Assembly (NCBI GenBank): GCA_050043265.1
Contig: JBHJIR010000005.1
Span: forward strand, 61,202 to 125,201
Direction: 5' to 3'
Source: Kiloniellaceae bacterium
Lineage (GTDB): Bacteria; Pseudomonadota; Alphaproteobacteria; Kiloniellales; Kiloniellaceae
Length of the DNA stretch: 64,000 nucleotides
Every line of letters begins with the position of its first letter. Position 1 is the stretch's first letter. The notes under the pieces are model-generated. The model saw only the letters and a list, made by a program, of their open reading frames with translations, was not told where the DNA came from and ran no database searches. Position numbers and translations under genes: made by a program. Positions 9,864 to 17,629 of this stretch are shown here, one piece after another.

Positions 9864-10760
9864 CTAAAGAAACGCTAAAAGCGCCTGCAGGGTTTCCTCC
9901 GGCGCCTCCTCGGCCAGGAAATGGCCGCAGGGCAAGGCGCCTCCCGAAACCTGCTCCGCCCGCTCGGACCACAACCCCAACACGTCGTAGCTGCGCTCGA
10001 TGACGCCCAGTTCACCCCACAGCACCAGCAGCGGCGGGGCGATCTTGCGGTCGCGGGCGGCGCGGTCGTGTTCCAGGTCGATGCCGGCGGCCGCCCGGTA
10101 GTCCTCGCAGGTCGCGTGGATCGTCGCCGGATCGCGAAAGCAGCGCTTGTACTCGGCCAGGGCCTCGGGCGTGAAGCAGCCGCCGACCTTGCTCCCCCCT
10201 AACCTACCCAGGGCGCCGATCTTCTTTTCCAGATAGAAGTCCGGATCGCCGCCGATCAGGCGCTCCGGCAGGTCGTAGGGCTGAATCAGGAAGAACCAGT
10301 GATAGTAGGCCTCGGCGAAGGCCCGGTCGGTGCGCTGGTACATATCGAGGGTCGGCGCGATGTCGAGCACCGCCGCCTTGTCGATCCGGGTCCCGTGGTC
10401 GAGCAGCAGACGGTGGGTGACCCGCGCCCCGCGGTCGTGGCCGACGACGCTGAAGCGCTCGAAACCCAGCGCCGTCATCACCGCGGCCTGATCGGCCGCC
10501 ATGGCCCGCTTCGAATAGGCCGCATGGCCGGGCTCGCTGTCCGGGGTGCCGCTTTCGGGCTTGTCGCTGTCACCGTAGCCGCGCAGGTCGGGGCAGACCA
10601 CGGTGAAGCGCTCGGCCAGGCGCGGCGCGATCTTGTGCCACATGACGTGGGTTTGCGGATAGCCGTGCAGCAGCAGCAAAGCCGGTCCGCTGCCGCCGAA
10701 GCGCAGGTTGATCCCGATTCCACCGACGTCGATTCGGCGCCGTTCAAAACCCTCGAACAC
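9864..10760 (-). CDS. Alpha/beta hydrolase, fluoroacetate/haloacetate dehalogenase family
   Basis: GTG start at 10760 with GGAGG RBS; LLHGYPQTHVMWH, GHDRGAR, LDIAPT, YYHWFF, EDYRA, GHFLAEEAP. Confidence 0.88.
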   Translation of the reverse strand: MFEGFERRRIDVGGIGINLRFGGSGPALLLLHGYPQTHVMWHKIAPRLAERFTVVCPDLRGYGDSDKPESGTPDSEPGHAAYSKRAMAADQAAVMTALGFERFSVVGHDRGARVTHRLLLDHGTRIDKAAVLDIAPTLDMYQRTDRAFAEAYYHWFFLIQPYDLPERLIGGDPDFYLEKKIGALGRLGGSKVGGCFTPEALAEYKRCFRDPATIHATCEDYRAAAGIDLEHDRAARDRKIAPPLLVLWGELGVIERSYDVLGLWSERAEQVSGGALPCGHFLAEEAPEETLQALLAFL

Positions 10761-10870
10761 TCCAACCTCCGCGTTGTCGTAGCCGGCTGTCAGATCCGGC
10801 GTGGCAGGCTGGTCTGTCCTGCTGCCGGCGTCAATCGATGGGGATCGCGTCTGGATGTAGAGAGGACGAA

Positions 10871-10891
10871 ACCGGGGAGAAACTCCCCGGT
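10871..10891 (-). terminator. Perfect hairpin immediately 3' of tRNA-Leu(CAG)
   Basis: ACCGGGGAG-AAA-CTCCCCGGT, 9-bp stem; only a short U run follows on the minus strand. Confidence 0.5.
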
Positions 10892-10893
10892 GA

Positions 10894-10980
10894 TGGTGCG
10901 GCTGAGAGGACTCGAACCTCCACTTCCTTGCGAAAACTAGCACCTGAAGCTAGCGCGTCTACCAATTCCGCCACAGCCGC
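10894..10980 (-). tRNA. tRNA-Leu (anticodon CAG)
   Basis: 87-nt cloverleaf GCGGCTG...CAGCCGC-ACCA, anticodon loop TT-CAG-GT, long variable arm, GGTTCGAGTCC T-loop. Confidence 0.97.
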
Positions 10981-11033
10981 ATCGCTGTGTACAAGTGGGG
11001 ATCCCACCTGCAAAGTTTCCGAGCCCGGACGGA

Positions 11034-11120
11034 TGGTGCGGCTGAGAGGACTTGAACCTCCACGGGGTTTCCCCCACAGCGCCCTCAACGCTGCGCGTCT
11101 ACCGATTCCGCCACAGCCGC
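11034..11120 (-). tRNA. tRNA-Leu (anticodon GAG)
   Basis: 87-nt cloverleaf with the same acceptor stem, anticodon loop TT-GAG-GG, long variable arm, encoded CCA. Confidence 0.97.
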
Positions 11121-11157
11121 AGATGTCCGCTGGACTGGCCACCGGCTCGGAGCGGGA

Positions 11158-11185
11158 GTTATAACGTTCTCGTCCAAAAGGGCAA
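11158..11185 (-). promoter_or_regulatory. sigma-70-type promoter of the tRNA-Leu pair
   Basis: Minus strand TTGCCC-N16-TATAAC, about 40 nt upstream of tRNA-Leu(GAG). Confidence 0.6.
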
Positions 11186-11383
11186 CGGAAAATTCTGCCC
11201 CAAAACACGACCTGAAAACCGCCCCGGAAGCGCCCCGGCGGTGGGCGCCAAAAAGGGCTGGACGGCGGTCCTGCGGAGGCGCCATCCTCCGCCCCTACCG
11301 TCCCGGGCCACGCCCCGAATTCCAGCGCCGCCCGCCCCAACCGACCCGAAGAGCCCCCGAGAAACCCCCGAGAAGCCCACTCC

Positions 11384-11617
11384 ATGAAAACCGCTGCTCT
11401 CATTACCGTGCTGGCCGTCATCCTGGTGGTCACCCTGCTGGCCGGCATCTACCTGTGGTGGAGCCTCGGCGACGTCCAGATCAGCATCCACGGGTTGATT
11501 GCCATGACCCTCGGCTGCCTTGTCTCCCTGGCGCTCGGCGGTGGGCTGATGTTCCTGGTCTTCTACTCAAACCGTCGCGGGCACGACGATGAGCATCACC
11601 GCGGCCCGCCGCACTAA
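11384..11617 (+). CDS. Small two-TM membrane protein of unknown function
   Basis: 77 aa; two hydrophobic stretches, C-terminal GLMFLVFYSNRRGHD; host-like codon usage. Confidence 0.8.
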   Translation: MKTAALITVLAVILVVTLLAGIYLWWSLGDVQISIHGLIAMTLGCLVSLALGGGLMFLVFYSNRRGHDDEHHRGPPH

Positions 11618-11720
11618 ACCGGTCTAAATGCTTGTATCTCAATTCCTAAGGTTGAAACCCTGCGGCCTTGACACAAAAAGATCACCCCCGGCGGAACCGT
11701 CAGAATTTAGTCTTAAGTCT

Positions 11721-11906
11721 AGGGCGTGGCTGTAGGGCTCGAGACCCTGCCTCCCTGTAAGACTTCATGTCTACCAACCCCCGAAGACGGCCGGGGCTCT
11801 TGGTTCCTACAGCCCCCCTTACCTCTTTCAGATTCCGACATGCCACCGCGGCTTTCGCCGCGCCAAGAGCCGTATCCAAAGACCCTTGTCCTGGGAAACA
11901 GGGGTC
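11721..11906. ncRNA. Putative structured RNA or leader with two interleaved 9-bp helices (pseudoknot)
   Basis: GGCTGTAGG 11728-36 pairs with CCTACAGCC 11806-14; GGCTCTTGG 11795-803 pairs with CCAAGAGCC 11863-71; additional hairpins present. No family recognised. Confidence 0.4.
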
Positions 11907-11919
11907 GTCATCATGGCTT

Positions 11920-12279
11920 ATGGATAACCCGGTCCCGTTAGACCTTTCCGCATTTCGTGATCGCTTGATCGCCCGCCGCCGCGAACTCCAGGACCTGGTA
12001 GAAAGCAGCGCCGACAGCCGGAAACCGGTCGAACTGGACCAGACCCGAGTGGGCAGACTCTCACGCATGGATGCCCTGCAGAACCAAGCCATGTCCCTGG
12101 AGGCCGAACGGCGCCGCAAGCGCGAGCTGCAGCGCATCGAGGCCAGCCTCAAGCGCATCGAGGAAGGCGGCTACGGCTACTGCGTGACCTGCGGCGAGCA
12201 GATCCCGCTGCGCCGCCTGGAGCTCGATCCCACCCTGCCGATCTGCGTCGACTGCGCCAATAGTGGCGGCGCGGACTGA
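11920..12279 (+). CDS. DksA/TraR family C4 zinc-finger protein
   Basis: Coiled coil VELDQTRVGRLSRMDALQNQAM and zinc finger CVTC...CVDC. The ATG at 11920 is preferred over the upstream ORF-track start. Confidence 0.88.
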   Translation: MDNPVPLDLSAFRDRLIARRRELQDLVESSADSRKPVELDQTRVGRLSRMDALQNQAMSLEAERRRKRELQRIEASLKRIEEGGYGYCVTCGEQIPLRRLELDPTLPICVDCANSGGAD

Positions 12280-12283
12280 GATC

Positions 12284-12781
12284 ATGGCCCCCAGCGTCTT
12301 CCGTTTCCCGCGCCTTTGGCTGGCCGCCGCGGCCGTCGCGCTGCTGGTGGTCGCCGCCGCCCCGACGCCACGCGCCCAGGTCACCCCACCGGCTGAACAG
12401 ACCAAGAGCGAGAAGCCGCCGCGCACCACCTGCTGGCGCGGTTGGGGCTACCTGCTGGACGGCGCAACCGGCGGCTACAAGAGCCAGGAAATGCTGCTGG
12501 TCACCATCGGGACTCCGCTGTGGGAGGCCGGCCATCCGGTCGAACTGTTCCTGCTGGACCGCGCCAGCGGCCTGATCTCCGAGATGCCGTCCTTTACCGT
12601 CACCCCGGAAAACCCGCGGCTGTATTACCGGGGCCGGCTGAACTACGTCGACACCACCGCCGCCATCACCGGCACCCAGGACCGGATCGTCATCGGGCTC
12701 AGCCATATCGAGCCGGCCAAGGACGGCGTGCCGGCCAAGGAACGCTACAACCGCTGGGCCTGCGGCTTCCCCGAGCAGTAA
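12284..12781 (+). CDS. Exported protein of unknown function
   Basis: Signal-peptide-like N-terminus (FRFPRLWLAAAAVALLVVAAAPTPRA); host-like codon usage; starts 4 nt after the dksA-like stop. Confidence 0.75.
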   Translation: MAPSVFRFPRLWLAAAAVALLVVAAAPTPRAQVTPPAEQTKSEKPPRTTCWRGWGYLLDGATGGYKSQEMLLVTIGTPLWEAGHPVELFLLDRASGLISEMPSFTVTPENPRLYYRGRLNYVDTTAAITGTQDRIVIGLSHIEPAKDGVPAKERYNRWACGFPEQ

Positions 12782-12983
12782 TGACTGCTCTTTCCCAAGA
12801 ATTCATGGGCTGAATTTCCCAAAATATTTCGAATTTGTTCCGATATTGGGACGAATATTGAAGAATGTGGTTAACGAATTCTAAAAAATAACTTGATCTT
12901 TCTCTCAAAATCCCGATAATTGTGTTTACCTATACTTAACCAAGCGGGCGCCACCAAGGTGCCAATGCAGGGAACGCGTTCCG

Positions 12984-13292
12984 ATGTTGGCAGTACTACA
13001 GTGGATCTACGGCCCCGATGCCGCCTCCGATCCCTACTACCAGTTGCTCCACGACTTTGTTGTGCTGATGCCCTGGTGGTACCCCTATATGTGGCTCGGT
13101 ATCGCCAGCAGCGTGGTCGCCTGGCGCCTCCTGCGGCGCTGGCGCCTGCGGCGCCAGAACCGGTCCGGCCTGCGCCGCGTGCGGACGCGGGTGCGGCACC
13201 TGGCCGACGGCCCCGACGGCTCTCCCTGGGTCCCCGAGGCCGCCAACGACGATCTGCCCATCGCCGCGGCCTGGCGCCACGCCGGCGACTGA
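12984..13292 (+). CDS. Small single-TM hypothetical protein
   Basis: Hydrophobic segment followed by an Arg-rich stretch (WRLLRRWRLRRQNR); lies downstream of an AT-rich promoter-like region. Start codon uncertain. Confidence 0.55.
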   Translation: MLAVLQWIYGPDAASDPYYQLLHDFVVLMPWWYPYMWLGIASSVVAWRLLRRWRLRRQNRSGLRRVRTRVRHLADGPDGSPWVPEAANDDLPIAAAWRHAGD

Positions 13293-13446
13293 CTGCCGCC
13301 TCGGTCCCCCTCTCCAGCTCTTCCTGGCTCTCCCTTCCCGGCAGATCCTGCCTGACGCGGACCGACCTTGCCGGGCCGGTCCGGCCAGCCGCGGCCCGCA
13401 AGCCCCTGACGCCCCCCAAAAACCGCGGATTTCCGACCCGGCGCCG

Positions 13447-13462
13447 TGGCCCGGGAATTGCA
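13447..13462 (+). promoter_or_regulatory. sigma-54 (-24/-12) promoter-like site
   Basis: TGGCCCG-GGAA-TTGCA, one mismatch to TGGCACG-RNNN-TTGCW with exact GG-N10-GC spacing. Confidence 0.6.
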
Positions 13463-13566
13463 CCTCCAGCCTCAGCCCCTGGCAGCCCCCCTCGCCCACC
13501 CTGTAGCGGACCTGGGCGGAAACGGGTGGAGCCGGGCGGCCCGTGAACAAGGATGGGAGAGCTTCG

Positions 13567-14013
13567 ATGACCCTGGCGGATCTGACCGGTTACGACGGCC
13601 GCAATAACAGCGCACTGCAGTGGTTCCACCGTTCCAGCGGCAAGCCGCAGGAGCGCCTGCGCATGCTGGAAGACGCCCTTGCCGTCCCGGAGCCCGATCC
13701 CGAACCGGTTTCCGCCGGTGCCTTCGTCGAGCAGATCGAAGACACCATGCAGGAGCAGTCCAAGCGCGAGATCATGTCGGTGCTGGTGCACCTCAAGCAG
13801 AACGAGATCAAGGCGCTGGTCCGCCGCGCCGCCCATGCCAAGGGCCGCTATCTGGCCGCCCTGATGGAGATGCCGCGCAGCCAGGCCAGCCGCAAGTCGG
13901 CGGTCGAGGAACTGAGCCTTGCCCGGCGGGAATACGAAGAGCTTGAAAAGGGCCTGGAGATTCTGCGCCAGATGATTCTCGACAACGACGTCCAGATCGG
14001 CGGCGTCCGCTAA
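13567..14013 (+). CDS. Hypothetical alpha-helical/coiled-coil protein
   Basis: ATG with GGGAGA RBS; host-like codons; heptad-like C-terminal half (VEELSLARREYEELEKGLEILRQMIL). Confidence 0.75.
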   Translation: MTLADLTGYDGRNNSALQWFHRSSGKPQERLRMLEDALAVPEPDPEPVSAGAFVEQIEDTMQEQSKREIMSVLVHLKQNEIKALVRRAAHAKGRYLAALMEMPRSQASRKSAVEELSLARREYEELEKGLEILRQMILDNDVQIGGVR

Positions 14014-14119
14014 TCCCCACCGGTATCACGGCGGCACCCGGCGCAGATCGCGCCGGGCCGGCTGGGACTATGTCGGAAGGTAGAGGCCCGTCAGTTGAGG
14101 CCCCTTGGGTTGAGGCGCG

Positions 14120-14338
14120 TCAGTTGACGTAGAGAACGTCGCTGTCCGGCTTGGGCATCTGCAGGATGACCGACTCGGAGTTGCCGCTCAGGCGGCCCAG
14201 CAGCTCTTCGGTCGCCTTGGGGCAGGCATTGACCACATCCAGCGCCAGATCGCCGTTGGAATTCACCCGCGCGAAGATCCCCGCCCGGAAGGCATCCAGG
14301 ATCCAGCGCGACGCGTCGAAAGAATTTCGGTCAGACAT
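14120..14338 (-). CDS. 72-aa hypothetical protein
   Basis: ATG at 14338 with GAGG RBS; MSDRNSFDASRWILDAFRAGIFARVNSNGDLALDVV...; GC3-rich codons. Confidence 0.6.
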   Translation of the reverse strand: MSDRNSFDASRWILDAFRAGIFARVNSNGDLALDVVNACPKATEELLGRLSGNSESVILQMPKPDSDVLYVN

Positions 14339-14747
14339 TGCTCTACCTCGTCCATGCTTTCGCACCCTCTTAGCCTGCACATTTTCCTTTAACGTTCGGT
14401 TACCACGCCGCGTTCCGCTGATGCCCGAAAAACCGTGCGCGGCGGCCCGTTTGCATTGCCGGAATCCTACTCTCGGACGAAGCGTCGGCGCTGTGGGCTT
14501 TGTCACGCCGCCCTCTCCATATCCCCTTCCCCATACCCCCGTCTCTGCGCCACCGCCTCTGCGGGCCTCCCGGGTGCGCGCCTGTTCACGGATATCGCCG
14601 GCTGCCCCACAAGTTCGTGAGGGACGGTCCCTTTCGCCCGCAGGAAGGGCTATATCTGACGCCCAGCCGGAAGGCGCCGGAGCCGGGGGTTCCAGATCAC
14701 ATCCCGCTTGCCGGAACCCTGGGGTGAATGAGACGGAAAGGGCCTCA

Positions 14748-15623
14748 ATGCGGATCGACGACTTCATTCCCTGGACCGACAGGACGGGACGCTTTTCCCG
14801 GCTGCGCGCCACCGCCTTTGCCGCGGCGGTGTCGCCGGCGGCCTGGATCGCCATCGCCTTTTCTACCGGCGGTCTGGGCGCCGAGCCGCTGAAGGAAGCC
14901 ACGCACCTGACCGGCACCTGGACGCTCTACTTCCTGCTCGCGTCGCTGGCGGTGACGCCGTTGAAAGGCCTGCTCGGCTGGACGCGCCTGATCGGCATCC
15001 GCCGCATGCTCGGCCTTACCGCCTTCGGGTACATTGCCGCCCACCTCGCGCTCTATGTCGGCGATCAGAACTGGGATCTGGCGAAGGCCGTCAGCGAGAT
15101 CACCAGCCGCATCTACCTGACCATCGGCTTCGCCGCCCTCATCGGCCTGGCCGCTCTGGCCGCGACCTCGTTCGACGCGGCGATCCGCCGCCTGCGTCGG
15201 AACTGGAAGCGGCTGCACCGCACGGTCTATCTCCTGGCGGCGCTCGGACTGTTGCATTTCTTCCTGCAGTCCAAGTCCGACGTTTCGCAGGCAGTGCTGC
15301 TGAGCGGCGTGTTCATCGGCCTGATGCTTCACCGGGCGCCCACAGTATCCCGGACACCGGCTGGCGTACTCGGCGTCGCCGTGTTCTCGGGCGTCGCCGC
15401 GGCGGCGCTGGAATTCGCCTGGTACGCCGCCGGCAGCGGCATTCCGGCCGAGCGTGTGTTGCTGTCCAATCTCGACTTCAGCTACCAGGTCCGGCCGATG
15501 TGGTGGGTCATGGCGATCCTGGCCGCGCCGTTGCCGGTCATGCTGGCCAGGCGCTCAAGTCCCTGGGGTCAGATCGCCCGGTTGATGCGCGGCGCGGTGC
15601 CGCGCCGACGACCATCCGACTGA
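14748..15623 (+). CDS. msrQ: Ferric-reductase-like heme membrane subunit (MsrQ/YedZ family)
   Basis: LAVTPL, RRMLGLTAFGY..AH, LAATS, WKRLHRTVY, LHF motifs; start MRIDDFIPWTDRTGRFS. Confidence 0.85.
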   Translation: MRIDDFIPWTDRTGRFSRLRATAFAAAVSPAAWIAIAFSTGGLGAEPLKEATHLTGTWTLYFLLASLAVTPLKGLLGWTRLIGIRRMLGLTAFGYIAAHLALYVGDQNWDLAKAVSEITSRIYLTIGFAALIGLAALAATSFDAAIRRLRRNWKRLHRTVYLLAALGLLHFFLQSKSDVSQAVLLSGVFIGLMLHRAPTVSRTPAGVLGVAVFSGVAAAALEFAWYAAGSGIPAERVLLSNLDFSYQVRPMWWVMAILAAPLPVMLARRSSPWGQIARLMRGAVPRRRPSD

Positions 15624-15768
15624 GGTTCTGCGAATCAGGACCCGGCGGCCCCGGGATGCGACAATCGGCCCCGGAAAATCCCTTGCGGCGGCGCGGCAGT
15701 GCACCGATTCTCTGCTGCCGGCGCCTTTGGGCGTCGTGTGAGAACTGGCGACCGACAGGACGGATGGT

Positions 15769-16047
15769 TTGCTGAGCCCCAACGACAAAACCGTACTGCG
15801 TTTCGTGATGCGCCACCTCGCCACGGGGTTGGGCGCCGGGGCCCTTTTCGGCGCTGCCATCCTGACCGCCGATCTGGCCGGGCTGCGCAGCCTGGCCATG
15901 AGCAGCGACGCCCCCTGGCTGGTCTTCTTCCTGCTGTTCTTCGGCCTCTTCATCACTTTCGGATCGGTATCGCTGGCGGCCAACCTGATGCTGCTGGAGC
16001 GTGGCGACCAGGATTCGCGCAGCGACCGGGATCTGCGTGACGACTAG
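15769..16047 (+). CDS. Small two-TM membrane protein of unknown function
   Basis: 92 aa; hydrophobic helices GLGAGALFGAAILTAD and WLVFFLLFFGLFITFGSV. Confidence 0.7.
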   Translation: MLSPNDKTVLRFVMRHLATGLGAGALFGAAILTADLAGLRSLAMSSDAPWLVFFLLFFGLFITFGSVSLAANLMLLERGDQDSRSDRDLRDD

Positions 16048-17135
16048 CCTGCGGCGAGCTTACGAACGAAGGAGCCGGCCGGCACGATGACGCGCTCGGC
16101 CGGCAGAATGACGGACGCTTCCGTCCCCTTGCCCGGCGAGCTCTCGACCGACAGGCGACCGCCGTGCAATTCAGCCATCGCCTTGACCAACGGCAGCCCG
16201 AGGCCGGTCCCGCCACGTTTGCGCGAGACATAGCTGTCGACTCGGCCGAACGGCTGCAGCGCCAAAGCGATCTCCTCCACCGTCATGCCGATGCCGTCGT
16301 CGCACACCTTGATGACACAGCGCCCGCTCGCATTTATGGCGAGCGTCAAGCTAACGTGGCCGCCCAGATGGCTGAACTTGCAGGCGTTGGACAGCAGGTT
16401 GGTCATGACCTGCTTCATGATTCGGGTATCGCCACGGAAGGGCAGTTCCTGCGACGGCCAGGATGTCTCGATCGAGACGCCCAGCTTCTGTGCCTGCGGC
16501 GTCACCAGGCGGACGGCGGAGACCGCCGTGTTGGTGAGATCGAAAACCTCCTCATGGAGCTCCAGCTTGCCCGCCTCGATCTTGGAGAGGTCGAGGATCT
16601 CGTTGATCAGGCTCAACAAGTGCTCGCCCGATTCCTTGATGTTCGAGACATACTCCTGATACCGCGGATCGCCGAGCGGCCCGCGGACTTCCCGTTGCAT
16701 CAGTTCGGCAAAGCCGATGGTGGCATTCAACGGGGTGCGCAGTTCGTGGCTCATATTGGCGAGGAATTCAGATTTGGCGCGGTCGGCGGCCTCGGCCTGA
16801 TGCTGCGCTTCCTGCAGCCCCCGCTCAGTTTCCAGCCGCAAACGCAATTCTACTTGCAACTGTTGCCGGGCCGCTTCGCTCTCCGCCGCTTCCCGCTCGA
16901 AATCGTGCCAGCGCCGCCAGGCAAACCAGCCGAACAGCCCTACCGCCAGGGTGAAGGCAAGGGGGATCGCGTCGATCTGGTAACCTTCGTACTTCTCGTG
17001 AAGGAGGTGCCATTCTTCGGCCAGGTCGAACACCATCGACAGGACGACCAGCAGCACGAAGATCGCAGCGGCGACCGCCAGATCGACCAAAGGCCGGGCG
17101 TGTTTGCAATGCAAGAATTTGGCTGTGCGGAACAC
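16044..17135 (-). CDS. Orphan membrane sensor histidine kinase (PleC/DivJ-like HisKA)
   Basis: Two N-terminal TMs, ANMSHELRTPLNATIGFAE H-box, NLLSNACKF, DDGIGM, GTGLGL. Confidence 0.92.
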   Translation of the reverse strand: MFRTAKFLHCKHARPLVDLAVAAAIFVLLVVLSMVFDLAEEWHLLHEKYEGYQIDAIPLAFTLAVGLFGWFAWRRWHDFEREAAESEAARQQLQVELRLRLETERGLQEAQHQAEAADRAKSEFLANMSHELRTPLNATIGFAELMQREVRGPLGDPRYQEYVSNIKESGEHLLSLINEILDLSKIEAGKLELHEEVFDLTNTAVSAVRLVTPQAQKLGVSIETSWPSQELPFRGDTRIMKQVMTNLLSNACKFSHLGGHVSLTLAINASGRCVIKVCDDGIGMTVEEIALALQPFGRVDSYVSRKRGGTGLGLPLVKAMAELHGGRLSVESSPGKGTEASVILPAERVIVPAGSFVRKLAAG

Positions 17136-17418
17136 CGGATCGCCGGCCCCCTGATGAATACATTCGTGTGGCGGCTTTTGCAGTTCCTGCCACGTTGGAC
17201 AGCAACTTTAAGGAATCTGTACTTAACGCCACGTAAAAATAATCATATTGATGATACGGCAGCTGCCGCAGAGAAATGTCCCAATACCGGCAACTTAGAG
17301 AAATAGAAGCGGCATTTTAAGGCATTTATTCATCTATTGAGGGAAGCACGACCGCCAACGACCAGCAAAGCGGGCACTCCGCCGGCCTGGACGGGAGACG
17401 CTTTGGCGATGGGGAGAG

Positions 17419-17494
17419 TGGTGAGCCCGACAGGATTCGAACCTGTGACCCGCTGATTAAAAGTCAGCTGCTCTACCAACTGAGCTACGGGCTC
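17419..17494 (-). tRNA. tRNA-Lys (anticodon TTT)
   Basis: 76-nt cloverleaf GAGCCCG...CGGGCTC-ACCA, anticodon loop CT-TTT-AA. Confidence 0.97.
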
Positions 17495-17535
17495 CCCGGA
17501 AGAGGGAATTCTGCGCCTTTCGGCGCGGCGGGCGC

Positions 17536-17564
17536 ACCTTAGTGGCCGCTTCCCGCCCGGTCAA
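17536..17564 (-). promoter_or_regulatory. sigma-70-type promoter of tRNA-Lys
   Basis: Minus strand TTGACC-N17-TAAGGT. Confidence 0.55.
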
Positions 17565-17629
17565 CCAAAGACAGCCCCCCGGAAAAAGGGCCGTTCCAGG
17601 CCTCGTCCCGGCCTGAACTGCGTCCCTGC

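Noticed and set aside
10761-10870. Fluoride riboswitch before the dehalogenase
   Set aside because: No GGCGATGG..TTC(G)CC-type core or pseudoknot complement is visible on the coding strand.
9864-10943. ORF-track N-terminal extension of the hydrolase across tRNA-Leu(CAG)
   Set aside because: It overlaps a tRNA; the GTG at 10760 has a GGAGG RBS and matches the family N-terminus.
11866-11906. GAGCCGTAT resembling the start of group II intron domain V
   Set aside because: The downstream sequence cannot form the domain V stem, and there is no domain VI or RT gene.
14083-14127. 16-bp near-direct repeat GAGGC(C/G)CGTCAGTTGA at a gene end (similar CTCACAGCGC pair near 60865-60890)
   Set aside because: Short, overlaps stop codons and has no associated mobile element; probably local slippage.
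10894-17494. tRNA-anchored genomic island
   Set aside because: No integrase, no duplicated tRNA 3' end and mostly host-like codon usage. Kept only as an orphan-gene block.
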